64,000 nucleotides of DNA from Azolla caroliniana (lineage: Eukaryota; Plantae; Polypodiophyta): the NCBI GenBank assembly GCA_043228905.1, contig JBHGNT010000020.1:12648001-12712000 (forward strand), in the 5' to 3' direction. Below the pieces are notes generated by a model that saw only the letters and a list, made by a program, of their open reading frames with translations, was not told where the DNA came from and searched no databases. Position 1 is the first letter of the stretch. The number at the start of each line of letters is the position of its first letter. Of the stretch, positions 50,442 through 62,219 are shown piece by piece. Made by a program: the position numbers and the translations under genes.

Positions 50442-51744
50442 GCATGCAATGACTTGCTCAATTTTTTGGTTAGAGAAATTGGTAAGTGCGAGAGTCGTCC
50501 GTAGAGGCTCCCGTAGGCTGGAAAGGAAGGTATCCAGAATGTAATGTGCGGAGACATCGTCAGCCAGTTGTCGATAGAGATCCTGAAACCGGATCGTGAA
50601 CTGGGCGACCATCTCGTGAGGTTCTTGGCTCATGGAAAAGAACTGTTGAAGCAATTCGCGATTCAGAACTTCGCAATGAAATAATTCTAGAAACTTTGTT
50701 CAGATGTCCTGGAACGTTGTGACCTCCCCCGCGTCGAGGCGGGAATACCATCGAACAGTCGGGCCATCGAGGGATAGAGCAAATTCCGCGATTTTGGAGG
50801 ACTCAATTTCGGCAGCCGATAACCGATGCGTCGAGTGGTTGGCCTGCCATGTGGACACGAAAGTATGGGTGTGCGATTCCGCGTGGGCCGTCTGTATATC
50901 GTGGGTAAGCGTAAGGCATGGTATTGAGATCCAGGTCTTCAGGTAAAGCTAAAAAAGGGTTAGGGTCAAGTTGGGTGACTTCTGGAGGGCTTAGCGGGGA
51001 GATCGGTGCGGAATCAACTCGCAAATGGGTATCAGGTGGCGAGGATTGCAACCGGTGGGCCTCCGATAGTTACTCGAAAGTTTGGGCAATGACCGCCGAG
51101 TCAGAAGTTCCTTCAATTGGCTCAGGGTGTCAAGCAGGTGGCCGAGACCGCGTGATGCGATTGGGCGCCGTAATGGCGGCTGAGGTTTGCCTCCTACGTA
51201 GTTCGTTGTGACTTTACAGCTGTAACCAAGCGTGCCAAATTGTGTTAACCGTTTCTAGGGGAAACACCTTCGATGAGCCCACAAGCTATCGGTATCAAGG
51301 GGTCGTGTTAGGTGGAGGCCTCTTCTACACCGAGAAGACGTTATGGGAACGAGGAGCGTACACGGGCTACAACCCATTAGATGTAGACGTAGCTCAGTTT
51401 ACGAGTACGGGGAGAATACAGATGTGAAGGAACAGTAAGAGCGAGATTTATACTAAATGAGAAAGCTCACAGTGATTACAGTACACAACTCTCGGCCGGA
51501 AATAGTTTTGTGCAGAGCTCCATGCTACAATATTAATCCTGCTAAATAATCTATGTATCTCCCCTTCTCGAGGTATGCAGATCTCGGTTTATATAGTTTT
51601 CTTCTTTAGACAAAGTCGAGCCATCGGCTGATTGTGAGGGCTCAAAAACTCGACTATTTTAGTTCTACCTATTTCCTCACCTACTTTTCTACCTACCGGC
51701 GAGTTTACATATTTTGTATTTATATTTCTAGCCTATGGACAACA
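50442..51744 (-). mobile_element. gypsy B2 5' part: LTR ~51243-51744, Arg-type PBS, gag fragment
   Basis: GTTAACA-CAATT-TGGCACGCTTGG; gag MPYAYPRY..QFTIRFQ..LREPLRT is similar to the B1 gag and continues across the A4 TSD into 37798. Confidence 0.75.
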
Positions 51745-54700
51745 ATGTTGCACTCTTATTGAAGTGATTCAAGACTCGGTTGTGGCCGAGCAGTATTCCG
51801 CGCTATTCCTCTCAAACTGCTATCAGAGCGAACAACACTGAAAATGGAAGAATCATTCGACAGCATGTTCAAGCTCACCGGTTCCAACTACTCAAAGTGG
51901 AAGTTGAAGATGAGGGATATGTTGGTGGTCAAAGATCTTTGGTTGTCAGTTCAGTTCGGGGACAAGAGACTGGATAAGATCAATGCCACAGTGTGGGAGG
52001 TGATGCACATGAAGACGGCGGCATACATCCGGTGCTTCATCGACATGAGCCTGTACAACAGCTTCAATGAAGAAAGTAAGGCTCATGAACTCTAGGAGAA
52101 GATCGACATCATGTTCCAGAACAAGAATGTTGTTAACCGGGTTTCGGTATTCCAGAAGCTAGTGAGGCTTCGGTACCAAGACGGCTCTAGTATGGCGGAA
52201 CACATGAATGCCTTCCATGGGCTAATACATCAACCAACCTCGTTTGAAGTACCTCTCTCCGATGAGGTACTCGAATTCCTCCTGCTCGGTTCCCTCCCGA
52301 ATAGTTGGGAGACGTTAGTTGTCACGTTGGACAACGTCGGGCCGGAAGGAAAACAGTTGTCCCTAGCAAGGGTAAAATCAAGCCTGTTAGATGAAGAAGC
52401 TCGCCGAAAGGACCGGGAGTTCAGAACTTATCTAAAGGCCTTGGTCACAGAAGATGACTGCAACCAGGGAAGAGGCCGGTATCAGAGTCCCCAAAACCGA
52501 GACAAATCGGGGACGAGGTTGAAGTCAAGGGGGGTGCCCACATGCTTCTATTGCGGGAAGCCAGGACATTTCCAAAAGAACTGTCAGCATTTCCGGAAGG
52601 AAAAAGAAACCGGCACTACCGATTCGAAGAAGAGTTCGGACCAAAACGGTTTGGACCAGAGAAGACCGGATCAGAAGAAGGGAACGTCCGCGATCGCGAC
52701 AAGTGAAGAAGAGCTGATGCTCATTACTGAAGAGAATTAGTTAAACCTTGCCAACGACAAGACAACGTGGGTTGTCGATTCCAGAGCGTCGTTCCACCTA
52801 ACACCGGACCGGAGATGCTTCTCATCCTACACAACCGATGATCATGGTTGTGTCCAGATGGGGAATGAAGGGACATGCCGAATTATCGACATAGGAGATG
52901 TGTTGTTGACGACATCAACCGGATGCAAGATGCTACTAAAGGATGTCTGACACGTTCCGGAGGTTCAACTGAACCTGATATCAATCGGTCGGCTAGATGT
53001 TGAAGGCTACATGGGTAGCATCCGGAATGGAGTTATGAAGTTCAGCAAGGGAAGCTCGATCGTGGCCCGAGCCCAGAAGGTCAACACTCTGTACTTGATG
53101 AATGCCCGGATATGCCGCGAAGAAGTGAACTTAGCATTCCATGTTGCCGGTGAGTTGTAGCACAAAAGATTGTGTCACATGAGTGAGAAGGGGATGAAGA
53201 GGCTTGTCGAAGACAACCTCATTCCGGTGAAGGAAGTGCGACTTGAGAAGTGCATTGATTTCTTGGTCGGCAAGAAAAATGGAACCTCCTTCCATTCAAG
53301 GCCACTGATGAGACGGAATGCACCACTGGAGCTGGTGCATACCGATGTGTGTCAAGCGCAATACTTCATGACGTTCATAGATGACCACAGCCGGAAGTTG
53401 TGGGTCTCACCGTTGAAGAAGAAGGATCAGGTGCTATTTGTCTTCAAGGAGCTCCACGCGAGAGTGGAAAGAGAAACCGGCCGAAAGCAAACTACCAGGG
53501 GTAGTTCGAGGAGAATTGCTGATCGAAGGGAATCCAGCTCGAATTCACCGTGCCGAAGACGCCGGAACTAAACAGGTTGGCCAAAAGGATGAACCGGACC
53601 ATAATGGAGAGAGTCCGAAGCATGCTCGCACATGCCAAGTTACCCAAGACGTTTTGGGCTGAGGCGTTGACGACGGCGACCTATGTGATAAATAGATCAC
53701 CCTCAGTGCCCTTGAACGTGTCTTACCGGCATTTGAAGATGTTCGGGTGTCTCGCATATGTGCATGTCGCAAAGGACAAGAGAGCAAAGCTAGATCCGAA
53801 GTCTAGGCCATGCATATTCCTTGGATACGGCGATGATGAGTTCGGTTACCGGGTGTGGGATCTGGTCGACAAGGTGTTCCAGAGTCGGGACATAGTCTTC
53901 ATGGAAGACAGGACCATTGCTGACTGGGAGTCGGAGAAGAAGGTGATGAACTCTGGATTATTCAATGAAAACCGGCTTGAGGACACAAGGACTTACCCGG
54001 TTGAAAACCAGACACTAGCTGGTAACCGGATGACACTCGACGAACCGGCCGGATATGGACAAGAAACCGAACCGACCGAAGAAGAAGAAGACATCGGAGC
54101 TGGACAAGCTCCCGAATCAGATTCGGATGAGGAACAAACGGAGGAACCAACAGTCGGAAACCAAGGACAGAGATATCCTCTCCAAGAGAGAAGAGCCCCC
54201 CAGAGATTTCCAAATGTAGAGCATGTGTTGCTAACTGATAAGGGGGAGCCGGAAAGCTTCAAAGAAGCAAAACTAGACACCTACAGCCGCAAGTGGTTGA
54301 GTGCCATGCAGGATGAGATGGATTCCCTACACGAGAACCACACATATGAACTGACGGAGTTGCCGAAAGGGAAGAGAGCACTCCGAAACAACTGGGTGTA
54401 CAAACTCAAACCGGGAGATGTTGGAAATCCACCAAGGTATAAGGCCTGAATCTTGGTGAAGGGCTTCCAACAGAAGTAAGGAGTGGCTTTCGATGAGATC
54501 TTTGTCCCGGTAGTAAAGATGACATCCATCCGAACGGTATTGGGCTTAGCGGCAAGCATGGACCTCGAGGTAGAGCAACTAGACATGAAGACGGCATTCC
54601 TCCATGGTGACCTCGAAGAGGAGATCTACATGCATCAACCGGAAGGATTTGAGAAGAAAGGGAAGGAGCACCTAGTGTGCCGGCTGAAGAAGAGCCTATA

Positions 54701-55778
54701 CGGACTGAAGCAAGCTCCTCGGCAATGGTACCAGAAGTTCGACTCCTTCATCACCGACCAAGGATACCACAAGACGCAGGCCAAGCCGATCACTGTGTGT
54801 TTGTGAAGAAATTCGAAGGAGGAGATTTCTTGATACTCCTTCTATATGTGGATGATATGTTGATTGTCGGACGAGACCAAGGCAAGATCCGGATGTTGAA
54901 GAAGGCTCTGAACCAGACCTTCTCAATGAAAGACTTGGGTCCGCCAAGACATATATTGTGAATGCACATCATTCGGGACCGGTCGAAGAAGCTATTGCGG
55001 TTGTCACAGGAGAAGTACATGACAAACATGCTTCAAAGGTTCAACATGTCGGAGGCGAAACCGGTCGGATCGACACTTCCGGAAAACTGCAAGCTATCCA
55101 GGAAAAAAAGCCCGAGGACAAAGGCGGAGAAGACGGATATGATGAAGATACCATATGCTTCTGCCGTTGGGAGCTTGATGTACACGATGGTATGTACCCG
55201 GCCGGATATCGGATATGCAGTCGGAGTGGTGAGCCAGTTCATGAGCAATCCCGGCAAAGAGCATTGGAACGCGGTCAAGTGGATACTCCGGTATCTGAAA
55301 GGAACTTCGAGTATGTGTCTCTGTTTCGGCTCCGATAATCCCCAACTTGGCGGATTCACGGATTCGGATATGTCAGCTGATGCGGATACTAGTCGGTCTA
55401 CATCCGTATATGTCATGACCTATGCAGGGGGAGTTGTTTCCTGGTAGTCGAGGCTGCAGAAGACGGTTGCATTGTCAACCACGGAGGCGGAGTACATGGC
55501 AGTTGTAGAAGCCGGCAAGGAGATAATCTGGATGAAGGAATTCATCAGAGAGCTAGGAATCCAACATGAGGAATATCGGCTCTACTGCGACAGTCAAAGT
55601 GTCATCCACCTTGCAAAGAGCACGGCCTACCATTCCCAGATGAAACATATCCAATGGAGGTACCATTGGATCCGGGAGAGAGTAGAAGATCAAGAGTTCG
55701 TGTTGACGAAGATCCACACGAAGGAGAACGGGTCGAACATGCTGACCAAGGTGTTGACAACCGACAACCTGGAAGTGT
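51745..55778 (+). mobile_element. degenerate copia K4: LTR end 51745-51814, PBS, gag-pol
   Basis: TGCTATCAGAGC at 51818; gag MEESFDSMFKLTGSNYS; colinear with K2; cut by a D LTR at 55779. Confidence 0.9.
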
Positions 55779-57845
55779 TGTCACAGTAATCCACGAGTAC
55801 GTGTCGAAAGGGGCGGGACCACGGGGGTCTTGGACAAGTAAGAGATGGATGTTGGGAATCCGACTCTCTCCGGTCCCGGTTGCACCGGTTGTGGTGCAAA
55901 CCGAAGCGATTCCGGGTGCGTACTGGTGGCTGCCGAACACGAGAGAGGGAGAGAGAGACCACGCGCACAACATCGACTCAACACGCGCCTCTTATGTACA
56001 GGAAACAAAGGGAAAGAAACGCACCCGACACCAACAGAGAGACAAATATGCACAACCTTTTTTATATATAATTACAAGAGCAAGATACAACTCCGGCTTC
56101 AAGACGGACCAAGGTAGGTTAGGTTACAACAACAGTCCGCTACCAAGCCGCCGATCAGGGAGCTCTCGGGCTCGTCGCGTCGAGCAGGGTCTTGCACAAG
56201 AGACAGAGTAGAAGCCTAAACCCCTTTAGACATACGAGCTCTTAACCGGACTAAACCCTAAACAGACACGAAGACTCAACCCGCACGACGAAGAACAAGA
56301 ACAAGAACAAGACCTCGAAGAACCCTAACAGGAAACAAAAAGTAAGAAAAATAGGAACTAACACACCTTCGACCTAAGTGGTATACCCTCCTAACTCAAA
56401 ATGGGCAAACCCTCTACAAGGGACCCTCCCTTCCTTTTATAGAACAAGGAGAGGGATGCGTTACAATGTGGGATAAATCCCGATTTACATGGGATTCTTT
56501 TTCTTGACTTAACTCCTACTCGGCGCCATAAAAGCACCCCTATCACCTACACCATTTGTACAAGGGTGGGCACACATGCTCCACCCCACCATTCTTCCGA
56601 TATTCCCTGGTCTCTCACCATAGCCCGGAATCTTCACGACATCCACCCCCACCAAACTGCACGTCCACCGGTACATGCCAAGTTCGGAGAAGGGTGAGAG
56701 ATTCTAGCCGGTGAGGAACCGGTCTTCCGTAATCCGCATTCCAAATGTCGTGTTGGCCTTGCCTGTCTGAACCATCGGCTCTGGTTCCTTCTCCGCGCTT
56801 GCTTCTCCATAGGCTTGTTCGACCCGTCGATAGGTCATTCGCTGCGATCCCGTAGTGTGTGTGCTTCCCTATTAGCCCTTCTTTCGACCGCATGCAAGCT
56901 TCTTGTTCCTTCAGATGCGCGGTGTCCTCCGTCCGAGGAGCACTCGTGATGGCCCGCTTGGCCTACGTCGACCTTCGCGTCGTCCCGATTGTCTTTCCGC
57001 GCTGATCTACATCGCCTTCGTCCCCTCAACGCCACCTACCTTCTCCTTGGCCTTACGTTGCCATGGCGGCCGAACTACCAAGGTCTTCGGAACCAGTGTG
57101 GAGGATCCCTCTCCGGCCTTCTACACGAGATCACTTGGACCGGCAACCCATCTCCGCGCCTGTATTCCCGCTCTCGCACCTCCGTGTGCCACGCATCCCG
57201 TTCTCGTGTTCGACACCGCCCGTGCCAAACTCCGGTTACTTCCCATGCACACGTTGTCAGCCCTCGCCCGGCCAGATCGTGCATCGCCGCTTCTCTGCAT
57301 ACCGGTGTCCTCCGTGTCCGAGGAACACCCCGTAGTAGTCCACTTGGCCACTTTCATCTTGCGTTGCCACCACCAGTTCGGAGCCTTCCGCTTGGCGTCG
57401 TCCCCTCGCCCCCACCAGCTTGTTACCTCGAGTTTGGCTTGTCACGCCAATCGTTTCCACTTCGATTGAGCCGCCGAGATCTCCGAAGCGAGTGTGGAGG
57501 ATCCTTCTCCGGCCCTCGATCTTGTTTCCGGTCTCCAATCCGTGTAGTCTGTTACAGACTCATGCTCTCGTTCCCAACACCTCCATGTGCCGTCTTCCGC
57601 TTTCCTTGTTTGGCACCGCCTGTGCCAAACACCGTCTCGTACTCGTGCCTCGCTTTGGCCCTTGGTGGCCACTCGCACGTCTCTTGCTCCACTCCCTGCT
57701 TACCCCTCACCGGCTTTCCTCTAAAATCGTAACCAGCTGGTAAGGGTTCGGCCTCTATCAACTATGGCCTCGCCAGCTCCCAGTCCGCTCTTCCCGCATT
57801 GCCGGTTCTCGTTTCCTGCCACCACCATCCTTCTCACTCGGTCTC
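55779..57845 (-). mobile_element. non-autonomous D element D3: 3' LTR 55779-56641, PPT, degenerate internal region
   Basis: A-type termini and U5 motif; PPT-adjacent sequence similar to 28148+; repeated GTGGAGGATCC motif. Confidence 0.7.
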
Positions 57846-57849
57846 ACGT

Positions 57850-58140
57850 TGCCAGAGAGAGAACTATGTGAGATACAGAGAAATACTCTGTTGTAACAAT
57901 TGGTTGGCGAAGAAACAGAGCTCGAGGTCGTTGCCTCTGAGTCTCTAATTGTACCCTCTTTTCTTCGTAGTGATAGTTGGAGTCTGTGGGCTCCTGTGGT
58001 TTTTCCCATTCAGGGTTTTCCACGTAAACATCTTGTGTACTCTTCTGTGTGTACGTCTATTCCCATTCCTGTGTTGCACTCTTATCGAAGTGATTCAAGA
58101 CTCGGTTGTGGTCGAGCAGTATTCCGCGTTATTCCTCTCA
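57850..58140 (+). repeat. 3' half of a copia LTR, probably the K4 3' LTR
   Basis: Last ~70 bp nearly match 51745-51814; ends TTCCTCTCA. Confidence 0.75.
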
Positions 58141-60060
58141 CGGCATACTCGTTCGACTTCCAACCAATCCTCAGTAAGGCCATTCGATCCGTCTTCGTCT
58201 TTGAGCTTGATTCCGATGGCCTCCTGTTCCGCTTGGTCGATCGACCTAACGAATAGTAGGACTTTGTCCACCCCCACTACTCTTTGTTCCCACTCTGGGA
58301 ACCGAGCAAAGGGTTGCCCGAACTCTAGGAACACCTTCGTTGCACCCCGGTGGGTCTTTGTCGATGCTACCCACTGGTTGAAGTCGCGTCGCGTCGTCCC
58401 CGACTTTTAAGCCGTCCTCTGTATGCTTGCAGACGCACCTCTTCAAAGGCCTCCCACGACTATGAGCTTCTCGAAGCTCCTTTACTTCCATGTGCATCCG
58501 GTCCGTTGCGACCCGACAGAAGAACTCCAACCTCAACGCCCCATCTATACCTTGCGCCTCCATTTCCGCATTGTAGACTTCCATGTAGAATGGGTCTTTG
58601 TTCCCGTTGAAACGGATGACTCTTTCGATCACACACCTGATTGTTTGTCGCGTTGCCTCTCATTTCATCGCCACTCGTCCGAACTCCATCACCACTTCCA
58701 CCACCATCTCTGCAAAGCCTTCGTCTTCTAACTCCATCCTCCCTTGCCGCCCTTTCACTTCGGGGGGGACCACCGGGGTCACGGACCGGGGAGACATGGT
58801 TGCCAGAAGGCCGATTTTTTTAGGGGCCGGTTACACCGGTTGTGGCACCAACCGGGACGATTCTAGATGTGAGCCGGAATCAACCTAACCAGACAGATCC
58901 GGATGTGACCAAATGGGTCCAGATGTGTTCTGGAAGCAACCGGATTGAAGAGAAGGAGAGCATATGCACGCACACCAGCTCTTCGCACCCTCTTATATAT
59001 AAGATGACGAGTCTCCGGACCAAAATAGGACACACGTTGTCGTGAAGATTTTCGTCCACAAGCGGAAACCCGAGCAACGAGAGACAAAGAGCGATGTGCA
59101 ACGTTGCACACGTACATAATGTATTTGTAATAATAATAAGGGTAAAGGATATGGTGCTAGAAATGCCCCATAAGATCCCTAAGGTATAAAGGTGATGTGG
59201 TCTTGTGCGCACATCCACACGAGAGAGAGAGAGAGGTACTATGCGGTACATAGGTACCTAGTTGTTTGCGAGGAGGTGGGAGTTAAGGGGGCCATCAATC
59301 TCACCCTCCCCCAAATCAAGGCAAATATCCCCTTTGAATGAAAGGGGATATTTTAGTCTCAAGTTTGTAAACGGTCTTCCCTCCTTGTGCTATAAAAGGA
59401 GAGGGAAGGCACCATTGTGGGGGTTGCCTATTTTGAGTGTGCGAGGTATACCACATAGGTCGATCGTTAGGGTTAGGGTTAGGGATTCTTTATCTTTATC
59501 TTCATCTTTGTCGGTTAGGGTTTCGAGTAGTCGTTTGGTGCAGCCTATGCGGCCACCATTTTGTAATCGTTCATTTCGTTTTAATACATCTTGTTGTTTA
59601 TCTTGTCTCCATCTTCCTCTTGTTCGATCTAATCTCTTGTTCATTCTTCTTCTTCTTGAGAAAAGCTTCCATTCCGTGTCTGATTCCTTCTCCTCTACTC
59701 CTTAGTCCAAGACCCCCGTGGTCCCGCCCTTCTCCACGCACGCGCGTAGCAACGTGACAACGTTGCAACATAGAACGACTCAACACACACACACACACAC
59801 ACACATCATAAGCGCATCCGGATAGGATGAAACCCACAGACACCGACACAGACATATGCACACTGAAGTTTTCTCATATATATTTACAAGGGACACAAGT
59901 TACAATGCCAGTTTTGAGCCGGTCCAATACCAAACAGATATAGCAACCGTCCACAAGCAAGCTCCAGTCGAGGAGCACTCAAGCTCGCCTACGCGAGTGG
60001 AAGCCTAGCGTTGAGACGGGTCTTCTTCCCGAAGCACAGCAATTGTCTGCCGCCAAGCCT
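58141..60060 (-). mobile_element. D element D4 5' part: divergent gag, PBS remnant, 5' LTR split by a solo LTR
   Basis: RFNGNKDPFYMEVYNAEM..RVA and KVLLFVRSID..GLTEDW resemble family A gag; TTCACTTCGGG at 58754; LTR similar to 27200-27670. Confidence 0.7.
59038..59759 (+). mobile_element. solo LTR, TSD ACGT
   Basis: TGTCGTGAAG...AACGTGACA with ACGT on both sides; U5 motif at ~59705. Confidence 0.9.
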
Positions 60061-61710
60061 TTGCATTCTCGCCAGGGGAGATCGGGTGTGTTGACCCGAC
60101 GATCGTAGAACCAATGGTGATCTTCACGGTACCACATGTACTGTGGAATAAAGTCGGTTCCGGTGCCCAGAGCTCACATCCCAAAGTTGATGGAGTTGCT
60201 CAAACAGAAGGTCGAGATGGGGATCCTTGAGCCGTCGAGCGCCCCATACTCGACTCGGTGGTTTACGGTGCCAAAGAAGAACAACATGTTGCGCTTCATT
60301 CAGGACCTACAGCCGGTCAACAAGGTGACCATTGGGAACGCAGGAATTGGGCTGACAATCGATGAGTTTGCGGAGGCCTTTGCCGGAAGGTCGAACTACT
60401 CGGTCGGCGATTTGTGCTCTGGGTACGATCAATTCCAACTAGCCATAGAGAGTAGGGACATCACAACGATGCGAACCCCTCTCGGCCTAGTTCGGATGTG
60501 CACCCTACCGCAGGGAGGGACCAACTCGGTGGCGCACATGGTGAATGCTATGAACAAGGTTTTGAGGTTCTGCATCCTGGACATCACCATGTCATTCTTG
60601 GACAACGTCCCGATCAAGGGATGCTTGGAGGAAACAAAGGACGAATCAGTCAGAGCGGATGGATGCAGGAGATTTGTTGCGGACCATATCGCCGATTGTG
60701 AAAGGGTACTGCAAAGGCTTGAGGGCACTCGGCTTACCTTCTTCGGGGAGAAGTCGTCTTTCGAACAATTGGAGATCCTAGTAATGGGACACCTATGCGG
60801 ACCATACGGCCGGAAACCGTCTCCGACGAAAGTAGAGGCCATCTCAATGATGAAGGAGGAGTGTGAGTCAGTCACAGAAGTTCGAAGATTCCTTGGAGCA
60901 TGCGCCTTCTACCACATTTGGATCCCACACTATGCGCACATTGTCGAACCGCTTTACGAGCTGCTAAAGAAGGACCGGAAGTTCACATGGGGCAAAGAAC
61001 ACACAGTGGCATTTCAGAGGTTGAAGGAGATGCTAAGACGGTGTCGGCTCTCCGAAAAACTGTGTACAAGCAGACACTCCGGTTTTCGTTATGGTGGACA
61101 CAAGTCCGACCAGAATCGGATGGGTGGTCAATCAGGAAGACAAGGACGGTGCGAGGACCCCCATCCGCTTTGGAGCAAAGGTACTAAGCGAGTGGCAACG
61201 GGGATATGCCCAAGTCAAACGTGACCTTTGGGGTATCGTTTCGGCAATTAAGGCCTATAAAGACTACTTGATAGGGGTAGGAGTGATAATCGAAACGGAC
61301 TGCTTGCCAATTCTCGGCATGATTTCCAGATGCACGACTATGGACCTAGCAATGCTCAGGTAGATCTCGTATCAAGACCCTGAATCCGGAGATACGGCAC
61401 ATTTCCGGGGAAGACAACGCCATGGCCAATATGTTGTCTAGAGCACGTTTCTACAATGAGGATGGCATGTTTCGGAAGATGAAGAAGTCGGAGTGGATTT
61501 CTTCGAGTGGGCCCGATTGAGGGCAAATAGACACGACATTCTGGCCCTAAACGAGTTCGACAAGAACGACTACAAGGGGGAATGGCTTCTCATCGGCAAG
61601 TTCCTAAGCATGATGGCCTCGGACACGGCATGGACAAAGGATGAGGCAAGCCGGATCCGGAAGAAGGCTTACCGGTTCTTCCTACGGAACGGTAAGATAT
61701 GGAGGCCCCC
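60058..61710 (+). pseudogene. family A pol fragment A5 (RT-RH-start of INT)
   Basis: DLCSGYDQ, QGGTNSVAH, VDTSPT, IETDCLP. Confidence 0.88.
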
Positions 61711-61748
61711 TACTTGATGAAATCACTTCAAATCGAGGATCTCATTTC

Positions 61749-62167
61749 TGTTATTCGCTGGCCGGACAAGGCCTAACACAAGGTGTCACGGAGACACTTC
61801 ACCAAAGGGTGATTACGGCATAGGATTAAGATTCAACGATTACACCGACTTACGTAGGTTACACGATTAGAATGCTTTGGTTAATTAGACGCGTAAGATA
61901 TAACAGTAATTACAGAACGGAAATCAACACAGAAGTATAAACACCATATGCTCTATTAATTATCCGTTGTGATTACAATGGGGTCCGGGCCTTTAAATAG
62001 GTTTCCGGCCCGTAGTACAAAACGGTGCCTCTCGCACCCATTCGGGATCCGTCCGGATCTGGAACGGCATACCGTTTCCAGTCCGTCCGTCCACACTATG
62101 CTTATTTACAACCATACTTAATTAATTCCTTCACTCCGTATTTTGGACTCCCTGCCGACCGGTAACA
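61749..62167 (-). repeat. 3' LTR of gypsy B3 (homolog of the B1 LTR, inverted)
   Basis: Minus strand TGTTACCGGTCGGCAGGGAGTCC...CCGGAAACCTATTTAAAGGCCCGG...CCTTTGGTGAAGTGTC...AATAACA; flanks ATTTC and CATGG differ, so not a solo LTR. Confidence 0.85.
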
Positions 62168-62169
62168 CA

Positions 62170-62186
62170 TGGCACGCCCGTGGGAC
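62170..62186 (-). other. tRNA-Arg 3'-end-like sequence at the expected PPT position
   Basis: Element sense GTCCCACGGGCGTGCCA-TG-[LTR]; plus strand reads as PBS-like TGGCACGCCCGTGGGAC. Confidence 0.7.
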
Positions 62187-62219
62187 AGTACCTTGTACGT
62201 CGAACCCTTCTCGGCCCCT

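Noticed and set aside
59467-59484. True telomere or healed chromosome end
   Set aside because: Only three units, internal to a TSD-flanked solo LTR.
27164-60060. D2 and D4 as the two halves of one element
   Set aside because: The LTRs are similar but visibly diverged, and the outer TSD is lost to deletion, so this cannot be supported.
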